In this document: one piece after another, positions 38,599 to 50,700 of the stretch
How the letters are laid out: the number at the start of each line of letters is the position of its first letter
Position numbering within the stretch: position 1 is the first letter of the stretch
The notes under the pieces: generated by a model
What the model saw: only the letters and a program-made list of their open reading frames with translations
What the model was told of the DNA's origin: nothing
Database searches by the model: none
Source: Octopus bimaculoides
Taxonomy: Eukaryota
Direction of reading: 5' to 3'
Length of the DNA stretch: 64,000 bases
Assembly: GCF_001194135.2 (NCBI RefSeq)
Contig: NC_068981.1
Span: 131,841,555-131,905,554 of the forward strand
Translations under genes and position numbers: made by a program

Positions 38599-41500
38599 AG
38601 ACCCACCCACCACAATAAAATTGAGATCTTAAAACCAAGGTACCATGTAAAAAGCATTGGTGAGGGTGCTTGTACCATATAAAAAGTGCTGGTGCCACAA
38701 ACAAAGCACCGAGTATACTCTGTGGAGTAGCTGGTATTAAGAAGAGCATCCAGTCATATAAACCAAGCCGAAACAGACTGTAGAACCTGGTGACCCCTCA
38801 CCTTACCAGTTCCTGTCAAGCCATCTAACCCATACCACCATGGAAAACATGTTCAGAGGGATCAGCTATATGAATTGACAGTACCTTGATAGATAATGCA
38901 ATTAAGGTTATGAAGACAGGGAAAGCCCCTAACCCATCAGGAGTCACTGCTGAGATGCTTAAAATATCTGACGGTATAGGCTATAGTCTAGTCAACCATA
39001 TAGTCAACTAAGTGATACATGAAAGAGTCATACCCAATGTCTGGTGTAGCAGGGCTATAGTCAACTGCTACAAAGATAAAGGTGATGCATTAGATAAGAA
39101 TAATTACAGAGGTATCAAATTGTTGGATCAGGTGATGAAAGTCATGGAGAGGGTCATAGCCCAACTAATTAGGGAGAGAGTTAGTTTAGACGAGATGCAA
39201 TTTGGGTTTGTGCTAGGGAGAAGCACCACTGTTGCTATATTTCTGGTAAGACAGCGTAGGTAGAAACTCCATAAGATGTACCCAGTGTAAGGTATGGACA
39301 CATAAGAGATGTAGGAATATCAAAGGAAGGTTAACTGGGAAGATAGGTTTTGTGCATGTTAGATGCACAGGGGCAATAAACAACGAAGATGTACAGCAAA
39401 CAGATTCCATCACATGCCAGGGGGGAAAACTAGAAGTAGTAGATAGCTTCCGTTACCTAGATGACCAAGTTAGTAGTGGAGGTGGGTGCTCTGAGAGCAT
39501 AGCTGCTAGAATAAGAATAGCCTGGGCAAAGTTTAGAGATCTCCTACCTCTGCTGGTAACAAAGGGCCTCTCGCTCAGAGTGAAAGGTAGACTGTATGAT
39601 GCACATGTACGAACAACCATGCTACACGGCAGTGAAATATGGGCTGTGACTGCTGAGGACATGCGTAAGCTTGAAAGAAATGAAGCTAGTATGCTCTGTT
39701 GGATGTGTAATGTCAGTGTGCATACCTGACAAAGTCTAAGCACCCTGAGAGAAAAGTTGAACCTAAGAAGCATCAGATGTGGTGTGAAAGAGAGACGACT
39801 GCACTGGTATGGTCATGTGTTGCGTATGGATGAGGATAGCTGTGTGAAGAAGTGTCACACCCTAACAGTGGAAGAGGCAGACCCAGGAAGCCAAGTGAGA
39901 TCATAGCTGTGGTCAATGCCAATGCATAACTGGCCTGTTTAAAAATACCCTTCAATCGTCAGACAGTATGCTGTGCTTGAGAAGACCTGTTGAATCAAGT
40001 GAAATCATTGTTGTACCCAATGCTTGTGCTGCCTGACTGGCACCCGTGTCAGTGGCATGTAAAAAGCACCATTCGAGCGTGATCAGTGCCAGTGCTGCCT
40101 GAATGACCCCCTTGCTAGGGACACATAAAAAGCACCTACTACACTGTCAAAATCCAGCTGTAGAAACCTTGCCAGATCAGATTGGAGCCTGGTGCAGCCT
40201 CCTGACTTGCCAGCAAGGAAAGCGGACGTTAAACGACAATGATGATGATGATGAAAAGGTGCAAGCTTTTTATATATATATTAGAATGCTGAACAAAATA
40301 CTTGGCAGTATTTTGTCCATCTTTATGTTTTGAGATCGAATACCACTGATGTTAACTTGGCTTTTCATCCTTTTGGGATCAATAAAATAAGTCCCTCTTC
40401 AGCACTGGAGTCAATGTAATTGACTGACCCCACTTCCCCAAAAATTTCAAGCCTTGTATCTATCATAGAAAGGAATCTTAATGTAAAAATTCTTGATATA
40501 AAAAAAATGTTCAGTTTATAAAATGATTCAAGGTTCAAGACTTTGGTCTCTCCTTTTTACATAAATGAAATCCTTACAAACCCAAATTTGGATCAACAAT
40601 TTAATATAATTGTATCCTCAGTGAAAGTGATAGTCAAAAACTTTTTGAAAAACTGAACAATGAATTAACCCTTTAACATTTTATCCAGCCCAAATATTTT
40701 ACCTGTTTTGTGTTAAAACTGACCAGATCCAACCTCTTGCACCTACCCTACAATGTTATTCTAAAAATATACAAACACACCATTGAAACCTTGAAGCTAC
40801 GAGATATAATGCGTGATTAGCTCAAACCATTGTGAATGAATAAGCATTACCTTTGACAGGGAAATCTGAATGCTAAAGAGTTAATCAATGAAGCAGACTA
40901 GCTTAATTCAAACACCAACTAAAATATTACAGTACCAAATATTGCTTGCTTGACTCAAGCAGTAGTACTACTGATTCTACGTCATCATCAAGCATATAGA
41001 AAAAACAGTTTGTAAAATGTTTGCTTTCGAAAATTGTAGAAAATAACTGAAATATAGATTGTGCAACATCAATTCTATAATGTTTTATCAATAAGATGAA
41101 AAAATTTATTGTACACTGACTTTCTTCTCTTATTGTGCAGATCAAGAAGAAACAGAAAAGGTCGACCAACACCATGGCTTAGTACACCTAAAGATAATTG
41201 GCCACCTTACGTAAAGACAGGTATATAATTCAGTATTTTTCTAATTATAAAACAGATGGGTATTTTGAAAATACCTCATGGAGTGACAATCATGCTCTGC
41301 ATAGTTACGGGTTGCCCTTTGGCAAGACATAGCACCTGTTCAGCCACCCTGCCAGGGTACAGCGAAGTCATGGGACTGCAGCATGGCAGATTGTGAAGAG
41401 GCAGTGGAAAAACTCAACTGAGCCAATGGTGCTTCTTACATTGATGCTGATTGGAGGAACCCTAGAAGGTCAATGGTCAGGATCACCAGGCTTTATCAAG

Positions 41501-44500
41501 AGAGTAACTGCACCGCCATAGGAGTGGCATTCATGGTTGTGTATTCCGCTAATGAATGATTCACTATGACTCAAGCTCCACATTCAAATTCATAATAATG
41601 GAGTTCAATGTTGGCAGAGAGTAAGGAATCTATAAAAGCAGCTTGACTGAATAAAATAGATACAGTCATGACATCAGCTTTTCAGAACCTTTGGTTCCAA
41701 AGCCTTTCTGAATTATTGATTTTTTCCAAAGCAGGTGTGGTCACTTTGGTCAACTCTAAACTAAACAAATGTTAAATACACTTAGATAATTAAATGAAAT
41801 ACAGCTACCTGTATGTTAGTATAAATGATACGTGTTTATTATTACTGTACTGTGCATGATACCGGTAAACTAGTTTGGTGGTTGTAGTAATTTGAAGTTC
41901 TTGCTCATAAATTAGTGCAAATTATAAGAGGTCCTGGATGACCAGTGTTTGGAAAGGTGGCATTGTACCTGTATTTCAATCCTGTGATGGTAGTTCTTGA
42001 TTAAAAAAACGATTTCTATAGTTCTAATGCTATATTTACAAAAATTTAGTATACTAATAGATCTGACATGCTTTTTATTAAAAAAAAAATGGGACACTAT
42101 CTGATCTAACATTTTTGACAGTAAAATATGTTACCAGGAATCCTAACAATCTGATTATAGAAATATTAATACTTTTAATTCTATTAATCTGGGGTACTTG
42201 CAGCAATCCATTGCCAGGAAAACAAGATGGGTTAAAAAGTCATTGAATCTATCAAAGAGTACTTTGAAATACTAATTCTTTGAATTTATTTGGAATGTTC
42301 AGAAATAAATAGCCAAATTTTTTTCTAATGCAATTTCTTGTGGAACCAAAAATGATTCTTGCACAATAGAGATACTAGATGGAAGTAGATGAAACATTAT
42401 CATAGGAAGAGGAAATTTCCCAAATCAGTCTTATTTTATGCTTCATGCAAAACTAAACGTATGAGGAGTCACCTTTTTTCCTATATATTAATGTCCTCAT
42501 AAATATATAGGAAATTTTTCATTTTGCTTCTTAGCATGTATTTATGAATTCCAGCCTTGCTGCAACAGTCATTGTAAACGTACTTTCTGATATTTAGTTA
42601 CCTTCTGCATTAAAATTTTTTTTGCGGCTAAAATATGATTTCATCTTGTTGACATCAATAAAGCAAGTACTAGTCAATTCCTGGGCTTGATATCTAATAG
42701 ACTCTTCAAGTGTGCCAGCACGGCTACGTTTAATATCTGAAAGTAGTAAAAGAATATAATATTTAAAACTTGGTGTACACATTAAATTAAAATTGCCATC
42801 TGAGTGTCATATTAAATGTATACAGACTGTTAGAAGATATGATGCTGCAGAATTGTCTGAGATAAAATCTCTTCAGTTTCACAGCATCATGATGTGTATT
42901 CATTTAGTATGATCAGATACAGATGACAATTTTAATTTAATGCTTTTCAATTTTTCTACTACCATGCAAGCTTCTGCAATACCAGTGAATGTTTTATTCA
43001 GGTTTTATTCCTATATGTATATCAAGGCACACATTTTGTTTAAACAGATGACAAGTGCACAGCATAACAAGCCTTGTGAGAGGCAAATGCATCTGTTATT
43101 GTCATTAATCACTACAGTGACAAAGTTTGTCTCATTGCAATATATATTGTATTTTTAACACAACAAATCTATGAAGAGATTTTTATCTCAAACCAATCCA
43201 CAGTATCATACCTTCTAATGGTATGATACTGTAATGGTATATATATACACATTTTGTATGATAAGTAAATTTTAATTTCTAAACTCTCTTTTGTTTACTA
43301 TAACATTTTATTTTTATTCCTGATGGTGATACTTTTCTTATATACGGTATACAGGTTTATCAATGTCTTTGGTGAAGACAGCTGATGATGGTAGCCAGCA
43401 GATGTTTACATTTGAGCACAATCATCAATATCAAGAAATTCAGTTCAAATTCTATGATGCTGTTGAATCATTAAACACAAACACTATTGCTGTATGTATA
43501 CCATTGTGCGTTTATATTTGTTTGTTTGATTAGCCCTGATTAAGTAGACCAACAATGAAAGACATTCTAGTTAGTCTGTTTTGTCTTTTCAGACATAATC
43601 TGTCTTATACTAAGATGCTGAGTTCACTTAACTGTAGAATCTATTTATGTACTTTTTTTGTTCCTTTAAATGTTTTTCCATGCTTGCATGAGTTGGATGA
43701 ATATGTTTGTTGAAGCCAAGGTAATTTTTTTTTTACAGCTGGATGCCTTGTATGAATAAGAAGGGAATTCCTGAAGGCTGATGTTCTGGAGGAATAATTT
43801 GGCATAGGGAGGAATAATTTGGCATAGGGAGGAATAATTTTGGCATAGGGAGGAATAATTTGGCTGATGTTCTGGAGGAATAATTTGACGTAGAGTATGG
43901 AAGTCAATATGGGTGACAAAAGGAGTAGAGTTGAATGAGCCTAGATAGTAGTTGTACAAAACCCATCAGATCTGAGGAGCAATGGCTATTGTAGTTGTAG
44001 ACCAGATGTTGGACTCTGTTGGAGAGCAATTCCTTGCCAATCAGTTAGATTTTTTTTAAAGCAATCTACAATACTTGTATGTATAATAGCAACATGTTTT
44101 CAGTCGTGGCAGAATCTTTCACTTTGGGCTTAACTTGAATTCTGTAGAGAGTAACTGTTGAGAGTCAAGGCATTTTCTAGCTATAAAGTGGAAAGCCAGA
44201 CTTTGGGCTGCAGGATTTCTTTTGCAATACTATTTATGTGAAATCACCAGAGAGCTCATAAATGATTGTAAGATCTAGCATTTTAGTTGCATATGTTTCT
44301 GACATATTTATTACATGACATGTGAGATAAATAGTATCACTGCTTGAACCAAGTAAGTGATGTTTATTTGAATTAAGATAGTCTGCTACATTCGTTGATT
44401 CACTGTTCAGTTTTTTTCAAAAAGTGTTTTATCATCCTTTTCACTGAGAATACATTTAGTTGTGTTATCATTAAAGTGAAGTAGATGTACATTTGTGGTC

Positions 44501-47500
44501 GTATGTGTTTCATCATCATTTTAATGCCTACTTTTCCATATTTGCATGGATCAGCCAGATGGAATTTGTTGAGACAGGTTTTCTTTTGTTGAGTGCCCTT
44601 CTTGTTGCCAACCCTTACCTGTTTCCAAGTACGGTAATATTTCCCTATGACCAGTCATGTTTTCATGGAATATTGAAAATGAAGGACACCTCTTTTACAA
44701 CTATCACACACAATGTCCATGCAAAGAGACAGTAGTATACATACACACACACAATGAGATTCTTTCAGTTACTGCCTACCAAATCCACTCAAAGGTTTGG
44801 TTGGCTTGGGACTATAATAGAAGACACTTGCCCTTGGGACTGAACCTATAGTTGGGAAGCAAACTTCAACCAGCTAGCCACCCTTGTGCTTACCCACACA
44901 GCCATGGCTGTACCTACTTTGTTTCTACAAATTGTGAATATGAATAGCTTCAGTATTGAAACCTGGATGATGTTGTATTAGTTTCTAGATCTCTTACATT
45001 AACCATTTCTAGACACTGCATCTTATCCATTAATCAACTTTAAAATTACATACTTACTTTGTATACTGGGGGTGTAATTTTTATTTAGCATCAAAAGCTT
45101 CTTTGTAGGTCTAGAAATAAATATTGCAGAAGTAATTTGGGGCAGTGTTCTGCTACAATATTAATGGTTAGCTAGTCAAAAGTATCTTTCCATGTCTAAA
45201 AACAGTATGGTGTGATTTGAGAGCAATTTCACTGATATTTTGGAGGTTTGTTTTTGTGTATCTATGTATGTGTATGAAAGTTTCACATGTCCCATTTGTT
45301 TAAGGTTTGACTATATTTTCTAAAAGTAATTTCATATAGAATCTATACACATACCTGTCTGTGTGCACACACATATCAGCCATTTTATCACTTAAAATAT
45401 TGTATAAATTCTTTCCTTTATACCCTTTTGAAAACAATTTTTTTCCAAGTTGTGCAATATTATTTATTTAAACTAAGAAATAATCTTTTAAGGTTTGTAT
45501 TTGATTTGTTTAATAAAATTCAAGTAATGGCTCTTTTATGATATTAGCTTTTCCTTAACTAGTGGTATTTTTTTTCTCTAGTTAAGAATATTTTGCCTAA
45601 GTTTGACCATTTTTAGACTTGGACATCCTAGTTTATCTTTAGATTGTGGTGGGGCAACATTTAGAGTCCTTATTTCACATCAGGATGTGTGGATATATAG
45701 CTTCTAGATTCTTCTACCTATGCATGTTATATAAATGGATTGTGTCTATCTTCATAAATCTGATTATATTTCACAAATTTTCAAATTTTGTTTTGATCTC
45801 AGGATATTCTCCAAGACCATCCGTATCATATTGACAGTCTTATTCAGTTCAGTGAAATCTGTAAAAATGGAGAGGACCTCAACAGAGCTAAAGAATTAAT
45901 AGGTATTTATTGATAAATTCCGTTTTTTCTATTCTGCCAAATTCAACATAATTTTAAATTTTGTATTGAATTCCTTTCCATCTTGTTTTGAAACGTTTAG
46001 AATTTTAATAAAACTTAAGTAAATTATATAATATTTACATAGCAATGACTATATAAGAGATGTGTTCGGAGGTGAGAATGGGTTAGATAGGTGCTGATGG
46101 AGGGACAAAAACCCAGAAACATGGCATATACACCCATTACCAATTTTTGTCTTCGACCTCATTGTTTGTTTACATCTGACGTCTCAATATGAAACATTGT
46201 AGCAAAAAATCAGTGCTGGCTATAATTTCTATTGAACATAATTTCTATCGGTGAGGCCCAATGTTGGTGAGGCACGACCTTCGAACATTAGGCCTCACCG
46301 AGGCGATGGCTTCTGACCGAGACCTTTGGAAATAAGCTGTGCGTGAGAAGACCCGGCAAGCCAAGTGAGACCTAAATCCAAGGCCTCTGCCAGGGGTGTA
46401 GCCAGCCCACTTATGCGTACCTTCCTTCATTGGACACTAAACTCCGCTTGTGAAGACCNNNNNNNNNNNNNNNNNNNNNNNNNNNNNNNNNNNNNNNNNN
46501 NNNNNNNNNNNNNNNNNNNNNNNNNNNNNNNNNNNNNNNNNNNNNNNNNNNNNNNNNNNNNNNNNNNNNNNNNNNNNNNNNNNNNNNNNNNNNNNNNNNN
46601 NNNNNNNNNNNNNNNNNNNNNNNNNNNNNNNNNNNNNNNNNNNNNNNNNNNNNNNNNNNNNNNNNNNNNNNNNNNNNNNNNNNNNNNNNNNNNNNNNNNN
46701 NNNNNNNNNNNNNNNNNNNNNNNNNNNNNNNNNNNNNNNNNNNNNNNNNNNNNNNNNNNNNNNNNNNNNNNNNNNNNNNNNNNNNNNNNNNNNNNNNNTG
46801 CCTTCCTAGCACGTGTTAAAACATTCAAGTGAGATCCTTGCCAGCGCCACTGGGCTGGCTCCTGTGCAGGTAGCACATAAAATACACCATTTTGAGCGTA
46901 GCTGTTGCCAGTACTGCCTGACTGGCCTTCGTGCCGGTGGCACGTAAAAGCACCCACTACACTCTCGGAGTGGTTGACATTAGGAAAAGCATCCAGCTGT
47001 AGAAACTCTGCCAAATCAGATTGGAGCTTGGTGTAGCCATCTGGTTCACCAGTCCTCAGTCAAATCGTCCAACCCATGCTAGCATGGAAAGCGGACGTTA
47101 AACGATAATGATGATGATGATCTGTAGAAATAACCTCGACAAATTATATAAGATATATGCGTGTGTATGGTTATGTAGTCAAGTAGTTCACTTCACAACC
47201 ATATATGGTATTGTTTTTGATACAACTATAGAGAACCTAAAGTAAGTGGCTTCTAAAATAGACCCAAGTAAACCAAGACTTGAAAGTAAAAGCTGAAATT
47301 GTGTAGAAACATCAGATGTCTTGACATATCTGTGTGCGTGTGTGTGTTATATGTTAAATAGATGTACAACTGCTAATGTTATGTTTAGAATTCCACAGAA
47401 ATTTTCATAATCCAGTTTGCGTTCTGTATAATAGTTGTTAATTATCTATCATATCATATATGAACTGAAGAGAAAATGTTGGTAAAATAGGGATAAACAC

Positions 47501-47743
47501 AAGTTCCATAAAGTATATGAATGCATGTATATATATTCTTTTATTCTTTTACTTGCTTCAGTCATTTGGCTGTGACCATGCTGGACCACTGCTTTTAGTC
47601 AAAGAAATCGACCTCAGGACTTACTCTATGTTAGCCTAGTACTTATTCTATTGGTCTCCTTTTGCTGAACTGCTAAGTTTCAGGGACGTGAACACACCAA
47701 CATAGGTTGTCAAGCAATGGTTGGGGGACAAACACACACACAG

Positions 47744-47793
<50 letters not shown>

Positions 47794-50700
47794 GTCAGCC
47801 CGAGGGTATTGTAGAAGAAACTGGTCCAAGGTGCCATGCAGTGGGACTGAACCCAGAACCATGTGGTTGAGAAGCAGGCTTCTTACCACACAGCCAAACC
47901 TGCACCTATATATGTATTCAAATATATGTATACATTTTTCAGACTCTTTTAGAGTAGAATATTTATGATCATAAAAATATTTTCCAGTCTATATTTAATT
48001 TGGCTTCATAATTGTTTTCTTTTTACTTATTTTTCAGAAAGAGCTCTCTTTTCTTTTGAGATGTCATTTCACCCACTGTTCAGCCTAACTAAAGGAAATT
48101 GTTTACTGGATTTTCGGCGCCAAGAGAACAGAGCATTTTATACTGCTCTTTTCAAGCACATTTTTTATCTTGGCAGTAAAGGTTGCAACAGAACTGCACT
48201 TGAATACTGTAAACTTCTACTTAGGTATAAAGATTCACTGTTATGTTTTTGACACTTATTTGCCAAAAAGATGAACATTCATCACTTGCATGTTCATCTT
48301 ATTTTGGTAGAAAAATGATTCAAATATCCAGTTTTGTACAAGTAAATTCAAAGACTGAGTTTTGGAATTTACTTTTTATTAGTATTGCTAGCTAGACAAT
48401 AATCTTGAGAATTTCCTATATTGGTACAAGTCCACTCATTTTTAATTAACTGAACATGGCTCAGAAGTTAGAGCATCAGACTCACAATCATGCGGTAGTG
48501 AGTTCAATTCCTGGACTGGGTTGTGTGTTGTATTCTTGAGCAAGACACTTTATTTCACATTGCTCCAGTTCACTGAGCTGTAGGAATGAGTTGCAATGTC
48601 ACAGGTGCCAAGCTGTATTGACCTTTGCCTTTCCCTTGGATAACATCCGATGGTATGGAGAGGGGTAACTGTTATGGAGGGGCAACTACTGGTCTTCTAT
48701 AAACGACCTTGCCCAGACTAATGCCTTGGAGGGAAAATTCTAAGTGCAATCCCATGGTCATTCATGACTGAAGGGGGTCTTTTTTTTTCTTTTTTTTCAC
48801 TCCATTACATGTTTGGTATTTACTTTATCATCTGTGGAAGGATGAAAGAAAAGATGATCTCAGAGAGCTTTGAACTTAATGCAGAGGCTGAAACTAAATG
48901 CTTCATTCTTAATGATATACTAGAGCTGGTTTTAGCGACAAGATCAGTGGTTCTTAACTGGGATCCATAAGACTCTTAGTGGTCCAAAGAATTTTATAAA
49001 CAAGGAATGGCTATGGTGTCGAGTAAAGTAAAATAAGAATCAAAGGGGTCTATAAACCAAAAATGGTTGAAAACCACTGAACTAGATCTGCAACTGAGAC
49101 AGATTTAATCTTTTGCTTAATCAAAAGAAATCAATATTACTTTGTATTTGGCTTTGTCTATACTGCAAGAAGTAAACCCCTAACTAATCAAGGCTACATC
49201 TCTGCTTCAAGTTTCACCTCATCTTCCAATATATAAATTCTTTGTGCCTTGTCAAAAAGAAATTAATATGTTTAATTAAACATCTCCAATGGCAAAGACA
49301 TCAAAATAATTACAACTGTAGCTGTAACTGTAACATGGCCAATAGACAGTGTTGTTTGAATGATAGATGTAGTGTTTTGTGGATTATATTCCAAGTTAAC
49401 CATTTCAAGTGTACAAGGATATAGGTCACAGCAGTGTCCTATATTTGGACATTTTGTTCAAATTTTTGTAGTTTTCTTTACCTTTGGAACACCTATGGTT
49501 TGGTAAAATATATTACTCAACTAAACTGATCTATTCTCTCTTCTTCACTCTCTCTCTCACTCACATGTGCACACACACACACACACACACAAAGATATCT
49601 ATTCAAGTATACACATTTATTCTTATTTTAGTAGAAAATATTTACACTCCAAAAGATACACTCGTATGTGCTGCTACAAAAGCCTATAAGAAGTACACTG
49701 ATTCATATTGTATAATATATATATATTTATTTATTTATGTGTTTCAGCCAAGTGGCTGCGGTCATGCTGGTGCACCACCGTGACCATATATATATATATT
49801 TGGCAGGAATGGCAACAAAAAAAAGAAAGAGACCTCGATATTATGCAAATAGAGGAATGCATCTGTAAAGATATGTGACACTTATTCAGCAGCCATGATA
49901 AAACTCCGAGTTTCCAACGCCAACATCTCTTCAGTTATCCAGCTTTCAAAAGAATCTCCGGTAACTGGATAACTGAAGAGATGTTGGAGTGAACCCCCCG
50001 CCCTGGCATCGGAAACTCGGAGTTTTATCATGGCTGCTGAATAAGTGTCACATATCTTTACAGATATATATATATATATACATAATGGACTCACTTGTTG
50101 GAGGTGATGTATGAGTGTTCGGCTTTTGCTGAATGACCTGCACAAATGATTTGTTTATAGTGATCAAATGTTCGTGCTGCACATTAGCTCATTCTCTCCA
50201 TCAAATCGACATTGCCTGAGCAGGTACACAGTGTATTATGCGTCAGGTGTCAAAGTGATTGCAGAGCAACATGAAATGAAGTGGTGTTGTTCAAGAAGAC
50301 AATGCAGCACCTGGTCTAGGAATTGAAACCATGATCTCGTGGTTGTGAGTGCAACACCCTAACCACTTGGCCATATGTCCTCATGATATACACACACACA
50401 CACACATGATGTACACACAATGCATGCAATCTCATATTTACAATTATATACACACAGTAACACATACACACATGTTCAAGATGATATATATGTACACATG
50501 GAGCCTGATCTATGTACACTCTTACAGATGAATATATAAACAACAGCATATCCTAGTCAAATCAAACTAAGCATTCTATATCTGCCCTAAATTTAAGCAG
50601 GTTTTGTCATAGTCTTGACGTTCTTTTTTTTTCATGTATATTATTTCAGCCTTGACCCTGACAATGACCCTCTCTGTGTTTTACTCTTCATTGACTACTA

